From assembly GCA_017851655.1 (NCBI GenBank), contig JAFMMH010000002.1:813-64812 (forward strand): 64,000 bases of DNA, in the 5' to 3' direction. The notes beneath the pieces were generated by a model. That model was not told the origin of the DNA and did no database searches. It saw nothing but the letters and a program-made list of their open reading frames with translations. Source of the stretch: Flavobacteriaceae bacterium (lineage in GTDB: Bacteria; Bacteroidota; Bacteroidia; Flavobacteriales; Flavobacteriaceae). Positions within the stretch are counted from its first letter, which is position 1. Each line of letters begins with the position of its first letter. A program made the translations under genes and the position numbers. Below, piece by piece: positions 30,023 through 38,750 of this stretch.

Positions 30023-30940
30023 ATGTGTAAAATGAACAAAATTACTGCTGCTTTTCCTTGGATTGTTTCTATTTCCACATTCCTAAGTTTAGTCTATCCT
30101 TCTTTATTTATTTGGTTTCAGGGTCCTCTGATTACTTTGGGCTTGGCTGGAATTATGCTTGGAATGGGATTAACATTGAAGGGAGAAGACTTTTTACAAA
30201 TTATAAAAAATCCGAAATGGGTGTTTTTGGGTTTGTTACTTCAGTTTATGGTGATGCCTCTTTTGGGTTGGAGTCTTGCAAAGGTTTTTCAGTTGCCCCC
30301 TTTGTTTGCAGTAGGTATGATTTTGGTTGCTTCTTGTCCTGGCGGAACAGCTTCTAACGTTATTGCTTATTTGGCCAAAGCTGAAATTGCTTTATCCGTA
30401 ACCATGACTGCATGTTCTACACTTGCTGCAGTATTCATGACGCCTTTTTTAACACTTCAACTTTCTGGGAGCTATCTTGAGATCCCAGCGGAAGGACTTT
30501 TTTTCAGCACCCTCAAGGTCGTTTTACTCCCTGTTGGTTTAGGGGTTGTAATGAATAAATATATTCCTAAGGCAGCATCTAAACTGGTGCCATACGCCCC
30601 TCCGATTGCTGTTATCTTGATCTCATTGATCGTTGCCAGTATTGTTGGTCAGGGAAAAGAGATTATTTTAAGTTCTGGTCTCCGTCTGATTCTGGGATTA
30701 ATTTGTTTACACTTTTTTGGTTTTGCTATCGGCTTTCTGATTAGTTTAGGAATATTAAAAAATTGGAAGGTTGCCAAAACCATTTCTATAGAAGTTGGAA
30801 TGCAAAATTCTGGTTTGGGGGTTGTATTGGCTCGTGAAAACTTCAGTAGTCCGTTGGTGGCTATTCCTGCTGCAATTTCGAGTTTAATTCATTCGCTACT
30901 CGGCAGTTTTTTTGTTCGAATATTTAAAAACAAAGGATGA
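30023..30940 (+). CDS. bile acid:sodium symporter (BASS/SBF) family transporter
   Basis: ASCPGGTASNV block and ~9 TM segments. Alternative start ATG 30032. Confidence 0.85.
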   Translation: MCKMNKITAAFPWIVSISTFLSLVYPSLFIWFQGPLITLGLAGIMLGMGLTLKGEDFLQIIKNPKWVFLGLLLQFMVMPLLGWSLAKVFQLPPLFAVGMILVASCPGGTASNVIAYLAKAEIALSVTMTACSTLAAVFMTPFLTLQLSGSYLEIPAEGLFFSTLKVVLLPVGLGVVMNKYIPKAASKLVPYAPPIAVILISLIVASIVGQGKEIILSSGLRLILGLICLHFFGFAIGFLISLGILKNWKVAKTISIEVGMQNSGLGVVLARENFSSPLVAIPAAISSLIHSLLGSFFVRIFKNKG

Positions 30941-30960
30941 ACAAACGCCTAAATTAGCCC

Positions 30961-31965
30961 TCAAGCAAATTCTTTACGCTGTAAGTATATCGCTCGGGCT
31001 GAAAAGAGTGCTTCTGTAAACGACCCGGGATCTGCCTTGCCTTGTCCTGCAATATCAAAAGCAGTACCATGATCTGGTGAGGTTCGGACCCTGTTTAATC
31101 CAGCAGTGTAGTTTACTCCCTTACCAAAAGAAAGTGTCTTAAAAGGGATGAGTCCTTGATCGTGATACATCGCTAAGACGGCATCGTATTTTGAATATGA
31201 TTGACTTCCAAAAAAACCATCCGCAGGAAAAGGACCAAAGACAAGCGTTCCAGATTCAAATAATTTCTTGAGCAAAGGACGCAGCATTTCATCGTCTTCT
31301 TTTCCGATCACTCCTTGATCTCCAGCATGTGGATTGATTCCCAAAATCGCAATTTTTGGTCGTTGAATTCCAAAATCTTGCTCTAAACTTTTTGATAAAA
31401 GGGTGATTTTTTTTGTGATCTTTTCTTCGGTCAATGCCGAAGGAACATCTTTAAGGGGGATATGATCCGTAACTAGAGCAACCCTTAGTTCTTCTGATAT
31501 CATAAACATGAGACTTTCTCCTTCTAGATGCTCATCCAAATAATCGGTGTGCCCTGGAAATTGAAAATTTTTTGATTGAATACTTTTTTTGTGAATTGGC
31601 GCGGTGACCAATGCATCTATTTCTTTGTTTCTTAGTGCTATTGTAGCTGCATTTAAAGAGCTCAGTGCTTCACTTCCTGCTTTTTCATTCTCTTTTCCAT
31701 AATCAAAAATAAATGGCTTTTTCCAGGTATTGATCACGTTCAATTGTCCTGACCTTGGAGTTTTGATATCCTTAAGATGAAAGATGGTCGTGGTTAGACC
31801 CATTCGCTTCTTTTCTTTAATTAGATTCTCACTATTTGCAAATACAATTGGTATAAAAAAATCAAAAAGACGTTTGTCTTGAAAAGCTTTAAGGATAATT
31901 TCAAGTCCTATACCGTTTGGATCACCGGCTGAAATTCCTACGCATATTTTAGAAGTTTCGATCAC
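30961..31965 (-). CDS. pdxA: 4-hydroxythreonine-4-phosphate dehydrogenase
   Basis: GDPNGIGLEI, FPGHTDYL, NPHAGD, and SPDHGTAFDIAGQGKA blocks. Confidence 0.9.
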   Translation of the reverse strand: MIETSKICVGISAGDPNGIGLEIILKAFQDKRLFDFFIPIVFANSENLIKEKKRMGLTTTIFHLKDIKTPRSGQLNVINTWKKPFIFDYGKENEKAGSEALSSLNAATIALRNKEIDALVTAPIHKKSIQSKNFQFPGHTDYLDEHLEGESLMFMISEELRVALVTDHIPLKDVPSALTEEKITKKITLLSKSLEQDFGIQRPKIAILGINPHAGDQGVIGKEDDEMLRPLLKKLFESGTLVFGPFPADGFFGSQSYSKYDAVLAMYHDQGLIPFKTLSFGKGVNYTAGLNRVRTSPDHGTAFDIAGQGKADPGSFTEALFSARAIYLQRKEFA

Positions 31966-32017
31966 ACCTTATTTTTTATCTCTATTTTTGATGACAAATG
32001 TAATTAATTTTAAAAGC

Positions 32018-32605
32018 ATGTTTACAGGAATAATAGAAGCTTTTGGACATGTCGTCGGGCTTGAAAAAGAAGCTGAAAATCTCCATATAACTCTTAAGAG
32101 TAAATTAGCAAATGAATTAAAAATTGATCAAAGTGTAGCACATAATGGTGTTTGCCTGACAGTTGTAAAATGTGACTCGATGAAATATACTGTCACAGCC
32201 ATTGATGAGACTTTACGCAAAACTAATCTGGGACTTTTAGAAGTAGGAGGTCTTGTAAACCTTGAGCGTGCAATGAAGTTAGGAGACCGTTTAGACGGTC
32301 ATATGGTTCAGGGTCATGTAGATCAAACGGCACTTTGTATTGAGTCAAAAACACAAGAAGGAAGCTGGGTTTATACCTTTGAATACGATAAAAAATCAGA
32401 ACAGATTACAATAGAAAAAGGATCCATCACGATAAATGGAGTCAGTTTAACAGTCGTTGATTCTAAAAAACATCAATTTTCAGTAGCAATTATCCCCTAC
32501 ACTTTTGAAAACACCAATTTTAAACAACTTAAAAAAGGAGATCTAGTTAACTTAGAATTTGATCTTATTGGAAAGTACCTCTCGAAATTATATTTAAGTC
32601 GTTAA
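32018..32605 (+). CDS. ribE: riboflavin synthase
   Basis: MFTGIIEAFG N-terminus and an internal repeat with GVCLTV / GVSLTV. ATG 32018 preferred over TTG 31988. Confidence 0.9.
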   Translation: MFTGIIEAFGHVVGLEKEAENLHITLKSKLANELKIDQSVAHNGVCLTVVKCDSMKYTVTAIDETLRKTNLGLLEVGGLVNLERAMKLGDRLDGHMVQGHVDQTALCIESKTQEGSWVYTFEYDKKSEQITIEKGSITINGVSLTVVDSKKHQFSVAIIPYTFENTNFKQLKKGDLVNLEFDLIGKYLSKLYLSR

Positions 32606-32636
32606 TTTTTATATATTTAGGTTTAGCTATATTAAA

Positions 32637-33905
32637 ATGAATTTACACGAACTTTTTGCATTTTTACTCATCCTTGCTTCCATTTTTTCAATAATTAACC
32701 TTCGGATATTAAAACTCCCTCAAACTATCGGTTTGATGGTTTTAGCAATTGTCTTATCCCTGGTTGTATTGATGGCAGGTTTGATTGATCCTGATTTCCT
32801 TTCGATGGCAACATCACTCACTGAACAATTCGACTTTAGTGTGATGTTAATAGACGTTATGTTGCCCTTTTTATTATTCGCAGGAGCAATCAGTGTTGAC
32901 GTACACGAGCTTCTAAAGGATAAAGTCACGATACTCCTTTTGGCTACTTTTGGTGTTATATTTTCCACATTCGCTGTCGGAACAGGGCTTTATTGGTTAG
33001 TCAGTCAACCCTTTTTAGGAATGACCGCTATTGGGTTAACCTATGTAGATTGTCTCTTGTTTGGTGCGCTAATAGCCCCTACAGATCCTATTGCAGTATT
33101 AGCAATGGTAAAAAAAATGAATCTGTCTAAAATAACAGAAACTCGAATAGCTGGGGAATCTCTTTTTAATGATGGAATAGGAGTGGTTGTTTTTCTAACC
33201 TTATTAACTATGAAAATTGAAGGCGTAGAAAACATAACTGCTGCAAGTGTAGGTTCATTATTTATAACTGAAGTTGTCGGAGGGATTTTACTTGGGGCAG
33301 CCTTGGGCTATTTAGGGTTAAAACTGGTTGAGTATATTGAAAATGAACATGTAGAATTGGAGGTCCTTATCACCCTTTCACTAGTATTGATGGTTCCTGT
33401 AATCGCACATATGTTTCATTTTTCAGCAGTTTTAGGAGTCGTCATTATGGGACTTTTTCTAAATCAAAATATAGATACTGATAAAAAAGTAGATGGGGTA
33501 CAAAAAGCAATGGGAGATTATGTTTATAAATTTTGGCATTTAGTGGATGAAACCTTGAATGCTATTTTGTTCATTTTAATTGGATTAGAAATAATTCCTA
33601 TCCTTCAAAACTTTGATTTGGGATACCTCTTCATCATTTTATTGGTCATTGTTCTGGTAGTGGTTTCTAGAGGAATTGGAGTTTTTGTCCCAATTAAACT
33701 GCTCTCCATAAAAAAGGTGTTTGAAAAAAATACGGCATTAATTATCACCTGGGGAGGACTTCGAGGTGGACTGAGTATTGCTCTTGCGTTAAACCTTCCT
33801 GACAGCATCGGCACAGGTAAAGATTTAATTTTAATTCTTACCTATGGTGTTGTATTATTTACGATTTTAGTTCAAGGACTCACCTTAAAAAAAATTGTCA
33901 AATAA
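32637..33905 (+). CDS. CPA1-type Na+/H+ antiporter (NhaP-like)
   Basis: 422 aa polytopic protein. GALIAPTDPIAV and ESLFNDGIGVVVF blocks typical of Na+/H+ exchangers. Confidence 0.85.
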   Translation: MNLHELFAFLLILASIFSIINLRILKLPQTIGLMVLAIVLSLVVLMAGLIDPDFLSMATSLTEQFDFSVMLIDVMLPFLLFAGAISVDVHELLKDKVTILLLATFGVIFSTFAVGTGLYWLVSQPFLGMTAIGLTYVDCLLFGALIAPTDPIAVLAMVKKMNLSKITETRIAGESLFNDGIGVVVFLTLLTMKIEGVENITAASVGSLFITEVVGGILLGAALGYLGLKLVEYIENEHVELEVLITLSLVLMVPVIAHMFHFSAVLGVVIMGLFLNQNIDTDKKVDGVQKAMGDYVYKFWHLVDETLNAILFILIGLEIIPILQNFDLGYLFIILLVIVLVVVSRGIGVFVPIKLLSIKKVFEKNTALIITWGGLRGGLSIALALNLPDSIGTGKDLILILTYGVVLFTILVQGLTLKKIVK

Positions 33906-33944
33906 AGTTTTTACAAAAGATTTGGATTCCTATATTTGGGTTGA

Positions 33945-34108
33945 GAAGTTCGTACTGTGACAACAGTAATGTCTAACTAAATTTAGAAAGGAGGTGTCTT
34001 ATGTCTAATGATAATCATTTGAGGAATTCAAGACAGCAGGTACCTAATTTAGGTCTGCTGTGATTTTCCTTATCTATTTATAAAGCGAGCCGATGGGCTC
34101 GCTTTTTT
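33945..34108 (+). ncRNA. candidate small RNA or structured 5' leader (contains a 20-codon ORF, 34001-34063)
   Basis: TATATTTG (-7-like box) at 33931-33938. AAGGAGGT at 33988-33995. ATG 34001. 12-bp bulged hairpin at 34033-34061. Terminator at 34084-34108. No family recognised. Confidence 0.3.
34084..34108 (+). terminator. intrinsic terminator 14 nt upstream of the 2OG oxygenase start
   Basis: AGCGAGCC-GATG-GGCTCGCT followed by TTTTT. Flanking A/T residues could extend the stem. Confidence 0.7.
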
Positions 34109-34121
34109 AAACTACGAAACC

Positions 34122-35072
34122 ATGCAAAAAATTCCTCAGGCCGATTTAAGTGCTTTTCTTTCAAATGACACAAGCCTACAAAATGAATTTGTTCAAAAGA
34201 TTGGAAACTCTTTTGAGGAAATTGGGTTTCTAGCACTCAAAGGGCATTTTTTAGATTCAGACCTTCAAGCATCTCTTTATGATGAAATCAATGCTTTTTT
34301 TGCACTTCCTCTAGAAATTAAAAGTCAATATGAAATTGAAGGAGGTGGAGGACAGAGAGGCTATACCGGTTTTGGAAAAGAACACGCGGAAGGAAGAAGT
34401 GTTGGAGACTTAAAAGAGTTTTGGCATTTTGGTCAAGACATTAGCAACCTTCCTCATCTAAAAACAATCTATCCAGAAAACATACATGTTCAAGAATTGA
34501 CTTCTTTTAATTCAATTGGAAATATCGTTTTTAAGCGACTTGAAAAAACTGCCCAAGTAATTCTTCAAGCCATTGCTTTGTATCTAAATCTTGACGTTTC
34601 TTATTTTGATCAGTATATCTTAGAAGGTAATTCAATTTTAAGAGCGATTCATTACCCTCCGATAACTGAAACACCTCAAGATGCAGAGCGTGCTGCCGCT
34701 CACGGTGATATTAATTTAATTACGCTTCTAATGGGTGCCCAAGGGAGTGGATTACAGGTTTTAAATCGACAAAATGAATGGATTGATGCAATTGCTGAGC
34801 CCGATGAGTTAATCATTAACGTTGGAGACATGCTTTCCCGATTGACAAATAATCGTCTTCCTTCAACCGTTCATAGGGTTATAAATCCTCCCAGAGAGGA
34901 ATGGGGAAAAGCACGGTATTCGCTGCCTTTTTTTATGCATCCTGTCCCACATATGCCCTTAAACTGCTTAGCAAAAACTGTAGATGAAAATCATCCAAAG
35001 CTTTATGAAGATATATCTGCTGGTGATTTTTTACATCAAAGATTGGTTGCCCTAGGACTTTTGGATAGCTAA
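34122..35072 (+). CDS. 2OG-Fe(II) oxygenase (isopenicillin N synthase family)
   Basis: HYPP...AAHGDINLITLL (H-x-D) and STVHRV (distal His/Arg) blocks. Confidence 0.85.
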   Translation: MQKIPQADLSAFLSNDTSLQNEFVQKIGNSFEEIGFLALKGHFLDSDLQASLYDEINAFFALPLEIKSQYEIEGGGGQRGYTGFGKEHAEGRSVGDLKEFWHFGQDISNLPHLKTIYPENIHVQELTSFNSIGNIVFKRLEKTAQVILQAIALYLNLDVSYFDQYILEGNSILRAIHYPPITETPQDAERAAAHGDINLITLLMGAQGSGLQVLNRQNEWIDAIAEPDELIINVGDMLSRLTNNRLPSTVHRVINPPREEWGKARYSLPFFMHPVPHMPLNCLAKTVDENHPKLYEDISAGDFLHQRLVALGLLDS

Positions 35073-35177
35073 TATTTTAATGCTCTAGTCTTAAAAGTTA
35101 AATCATCCAAAGTTCTTCATCGAATCTGAGATTAATTTCATTGATTTCATCCTGATCGAAGTTATAATAATCAATAT

Positions 35178-36026
35178 TTATAACTGATCAAAAACGAGGA
35201 TATCTTCTGCTGAAGTCAAATCAGGGAGATGTTCTCTTATAGGAAGACATATCGTTTGCTTTGGGTTTGCTGTATTCATTAGTCGCAGTGCTTCAGGCAG
35301 TTCTTTTTCATTTCGCTCGGGGTGAATTGGACAACTCTTTAAAAATGGATACAGAAGTTCACCATTAAAACTAAAGACATTCATACTGACTCTAATCTCT
35401 CCTGAAGCATCCCTATATTGTTCTACTAAGTCAGGATCAGGTTTTTCGATAATGTTTTTCAAATAACCTTCTGAATCAATATCCATACAAGCAAATTTTG
35501 AGATGCGCTCATCAGAAAAAACAAGTCCTGATCGGGCATAGCTAATTAATGCGTGAGGAGCATTTCGATCTTCGAGTAACATTTGAAAAGCTCGAGTTGA
35601 ATACAAATTATCCCCATTGCAAACAGAAAAAGTTGAGGTCTTTAATTCTGGGTGCTGATCTAAAGTTTGCTGAATTGCATCAGCCGTACCCAGAGGTTTT
35701 ACCCTTCCTTGTGGAACTTGCTGTATTGCAAAACGAAATTGTATTTCTGTAAAAATATTGTTTGTATTCCAGTCCTCTAGCTGACTTTTAAAAGCTTGAT
35801 TTTCTGGACTGGTAATCAAATAAATATTTCTATGTCCAGCAGCAACAGCATTTTTAATCAAATAAAACAATAACGGTTTTTGTGCAGCACCAAGTGGAAT
35901 TAGACTTTTATGGACTTGAAGTGCTTGTTTTTTTAAATCGGCAGTTATTGAAATTTCTTCCAAAGAACGCTTCATCCTAGAAGAAGCACCCCCTGCCATT
36001 ATCAATAAAGAGTTCATTTTTTTCAT
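35178..36026 (-). CDS. sugar-phosphate nucleotidyltransferase family protein
   Basis: N-terminal LIMAGGASSRMK (G-x-G-x-R loop of NTP-transferases). TAATG overlap with the upstream kinase gene. Confidence 0.75.
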   Translation of the reverse strand: MKKMNSLLIMAGGASSRMKRSLEEISITADLKKQALQVHKSLIPLGAAQKPLLFYLIKNAVAAGHRNIYLITSPENQAFKSQLEDWNTNNIFTEIQFRFAIQQVPQGRVKPLGTADAIQQTLDQHPELKTSTFSVCNGDNLYSTRAFQMLLEDRNAPHALISYARSGLVFSDERISKFACMDIDSEGYLKNIIEKPDPDLVEQYRDASGEIRVSMNVFSFNGELLYPFLKSCPIHPERNEKELPEALRLMNTANPKQTICLPIREHLPDLTSAEDILVFDQL

Positions 36027-37093
36027 TAGTGGATGGCTAATTTTACTTCATATGCATCGTGAGCACCAGCTGTTTTAAAAGCTTGAATAATATTCTCTTT
36101 AGTATGTTCCTCAGCTATAGCAACCATAGCGCCTCCTCCTCCGGAGCCTATTATTTTGGCCCCCAAAGCACCCGCCTGTAATGCAGCATTCATTTGATTA
36201 ATCATTGGCTCTGGAGTATTTTGGATGCACTCTTGAAGTATCTTTTGATGTGCATTCATTAAAGATCCCAATTGAATTAAATCAGGTTCCAATTGAAGTA
36301 ATTGTTTTTTAGCTTTTTGAGTAATGAGATGGTTGTGAATTGAGGCGTACCAATAAGGTTTATATGGATTTGAAACAAAGGATTCGTAATTGTTATAATC
36401 TACTTCCTGCGCCTTGTGAAGGTCAAATTCCGAATATTGAATCTTTACTTCTTCTATTGCTCTTTGGGCGAAATCTCTTGCATTTTGAAGAACCGATAAT
36501 GTTTTTTTTGCTAATCCAGACTCCGCCAAAATTAAGGTTCCCAAATTTGTTGACAAAGGAGTCACTTCCCCTTTTTGAGTGTCAATATAAATCATCCCTC
36601 CTTGGGCAATGGTGTACTGATCCATAAGCCCTCCTGGCTGTTTAAAAAATTGGACTTCAGAACGATAAGCCCATTCTCCAATTTGAGCATCTGAAACATT
36701 CCATTGGGCTTCTTGAGCCTCAATCAAGAAACGTAACCAAGCAACTACCAGTGCTGAAGAACTTGAAACTCCAGCATTTACTGGAATAGTTCCTGATATT
36801 TCAATAGTGTACCCTTGTGAAAATACAGCACCCTCTTGTCCTAAAATTACCATCGATGAACGATAGTAATCTTCGGAAGCAATATCATTGAAGTCTTTAT
36901 TGAGATTTATTGATATTTCTTCATCTAAATCAATAAGTTGAATAATATATTTTGATTCAGAATTCGGCACTGCTTTGATCTGAATATAACGATTAATCGT
37001 TCCGGCAATAACGGGGAGTCCTAGATAGTCCTGATGGTCTCCAAAAAAACAAATTCTAGCCGGGGCCTTAACTGATATTGATGTTTTAATAAT
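36026..37093 (-). CDS. GHMP-family sugar kinase; start probably a non-canonical ATT (37093)
   Basis: GHMP motif II PVNAGVSSSSALVVA. Motif III GSGGGGAMVAI. N-terminal motif APARICFFGDHQDYLGLPV is encoded upstream of the caller's GTG 36970, in a frame open to 37096. Confidence 0.8.
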   Translation of the reverse strand: MIKTSISVKAPARICFFGDHQDYLGLPVIAGTINRYIQIKAVPNSESKYIIQLIDLDEEISINLNKDFNDIASEDYYRSSMVILGQEGAVFSQGYTIEISGTIPVNAGVSSSSALVVAWLRFLIEAQEAQWNVSDAQIGEWAYRSEVQFFKQPGGLMDQYTIAQGGMIYIDTQKGEVTPLSTNLGTLILAESGLAKKTLSVLQNARDFAQRAIEEVKIQYSEFDLHKAQEVDYNNYESFVSNPYKPYWYASIHNHLITQKAKKQLLQLEPDLIQLGSLMNAHQKILQECIQNTPEPMINQMNAALQAGALGAKIIGSGGGGAMVAIAEEHTKENIIQAFKTAGAHDAYEVKLAIH

Positions 37094-37107
37094 GCGTTAA
37101 TTTACGA

Positions 37108-38502
37108 TTATGAAATGATGCTTAGAGGATTGGTGATTTTCCATTGTTTACGAGTAAAGTCTGGAAATTGTTGAGGCATTCCTCCTTGAGCAACAGATGC
37201 CTCACTAAGGGGTGAAACAGCACTCCATAAACAACCTTCATAAACATTTTGATCTAATGCCTGTCCTGTTCTCAAACATTCCACAATTCGATATAACATC
37301 ATGAAATCCATTCCGCCATGACCTCCCATTTTTTTGGCTAAACTTCCAAGTCGTTTGTACATTGGGTGCTCATATTGTTCATAAATTTTTTCCAACTGTT
37401 CCCCTTCTGCCCACTGATGATGACTATTTGTAGCGCCAGCTACTCCTCCCTCTAATGCAACACGTGTAGGGAATCCTGCTAGGGCTCCTTTGGTTCCTTG
37501 GACTAAGTTATGTCGAGTATATGGGCGAGGACTGGTTTCATCCCACTGAATCATGACTGTTCTTCCAAGAGTAGTTTTAACAATGGAGGTGTTTATGTCT
37601 CCTCCCTCATAGTTTAATTGATTCCATTTATGATCTGCAGGATAATTTTTCTCTGCATATAAAGCTCTTCCTCGAGCAGGTGAAGAATAAGATACAAGAC
37701 TGGAAAATTGGTCTTCCCCTCTTCCTAAGTTCATGTATTGTGCTACGGGACCTAGTCCGTGTGTTGGATAAAGATTCCCGTTGCGTTTTGCGTAGTGTGG
37801 TGTTCTCCAGGAGCCCGTGCCACGCTCTTGTTCCTCCATTTGAAAACGCAGTTCGTGAATATAGGCAGCCTCTGCATGAAGAATTTCTCCAATCACTCCT
37901 TGACGACATAAATTTAAATACAGTAATTCTTCTCTACCATAATTTACATTTTCCATCATCATACAATGCTTTTTGGTGCGCTCAGATGTATCCACTAAAT
38001 CCCACATTTCCTCCAAAGTGAGGGCTACAGGAACCTCAACAAAAGCATGGGCACCTTGTTTCATGACCTCTGACGCCATTGGGGCATGATTCTTCCAATT
38101 TGTTGCTATAAAGACCGCATCTGGTTTCACTTCTTGAAGCATGTTTTTCCAATCAGCTTCTCCTCCAAAATAGCGTTGAATATTTTGGTGTCTTCCACCT
38201 CCAACTGCTTGACAATTAGTGACTGAACGATCTACTAAATCTTCATAAAGGTCAGCAATTGCAACAATTTCTGTCCCCTCTATAGAGGCTAATTGTTTTG
38301 CATGACCGCTTCCTCTGGCTCCCACACCGATCATTGCAATTCTAACCGTGTCTAGTTTGGGTGCCTTAAAATCTCCCATATAAGTACCGCCAGATGGGGT
38401 TGATTCTTTTTCTTGAGAACACGCCATTGTACTTGCTAGATATAATGAGGCGGTTGACAATGATGTCTTTTTTAAAAAATTTCTCCTGTTAATTGATCCC
38501 AT
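37108..38502 (-). CDS. Tat-exported Gfo/Idh/MocA-fold protein, GH109-like (NAD-dependent glycosidase candidate)
   Basis: Twin-arginine leader INRRNFLKK plus lipobox-like MACS. Rossmann IAMIGVGARGSGH. 464 aa, the size and architecture of GH109 alpha-N-acetylgalactosaminidases. Activity not inferable from sequence alone. Confidence 0.7.
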   Translation of the reverse strand: MGSINRRNFLKKTSLSTASLYLASTMACSQEKESTPSGGTYMGDFKAPKLDTVRIAMIGVGARGSGHAKQLASIEGTEIVAIADLYEDLVDRSVTNCQAVGGGRHQNIQRYFGGEADWKNMLQEVKPDAVFIATNWKNHAPMASEVMKQGAHAFVEVPVALTLEEMWDLVDTSERTKKHCMMMENVNYGREELLYLNLCRQGVIGEILHAEAAYIHELRFQMEEQERGTGSWRTPHYAKRNGNLYPTHGLGPVAQYMNLGRGEDQFSSLVSYSSPARGRALYAEKNYPADHKWNQLNYEGGDINTSIVKTTLGRTVMIQWDETSPRPYTRHNLVQGTKGALAGFPTRVALEGGVAGATNSHHQWAEGEQLEKIYEQYEHPMYKRLGSLAKKMGGHGGMDFMMLYRIVECLRTGQALDQNVYEGCLWSAVSPLSEASVAQGGMPQQFPDFTRKQWKITNPLSIIS

Positions 38503-38546
38503 AATGATTTATTAAAAAGATCCCTCTATTTAAATTGTAATATGAG

Positions 38547-38591
38547 AATCTTTAATGAATTTTAAATTTATGAAATCTTTCATTAATGAAT
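38547..38591. promoter_or_regulatory. two copies of AATCTTT(C)A(T)TAATGAAT in the divergent promoter region
   Basis: AATCTTTAATGAAT (38547-38560) and AATCTTTCATTAATGAAT (38574-38591). The second contains the 12-bp palindrome TTCATTAATGAA. Confidence 0.3.
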
Positions 38592-38658
38592 GAATTAATA
38601 ATATACTTTGACATCAACTTTTTTAAAAATTGCTATCTTTAAAGTAAATATATATGAT

Positions 38659-38748
38659 ATGGGAGTTGGAGGAACTGTTCTTGGGAGTCTTTTGGTCTGT
38701 TTAGTTATTGGACTTATAATTGAACTTAAAGAACGTCATTTAAATTAA
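38659..38748 (+). CDS. mini-ORF 1, 29-aa single-helix peptide
   Basis: MGVGGTVLGSLLVCLVIGLIIELKERHLN*. Coding status unproven. Confidence 0.3.
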   Translation: MGVGGTVLGSLLVCLVIGLIIELKERHLN

Positions 38749-38750
38749 AA

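Noticed and set aside
30058-30357. 99-aa ORF overlapping the start of the BASS transporter in another frame. ORF 5595-5783 overlaps the DUF3108 gene in the same way.
   Set aside because: The overlapping frames carry clear transporter or signal-peptide features. These ORFs have none.
33969-33980. ATG TCT AAC TAA 3-codon mini-ORF upstream of the SD-like box.
   Set aside because: It is too short to call on its own. It is noted only as a duplicate of the ATGTCTAA context within the 33931-34108 finding.
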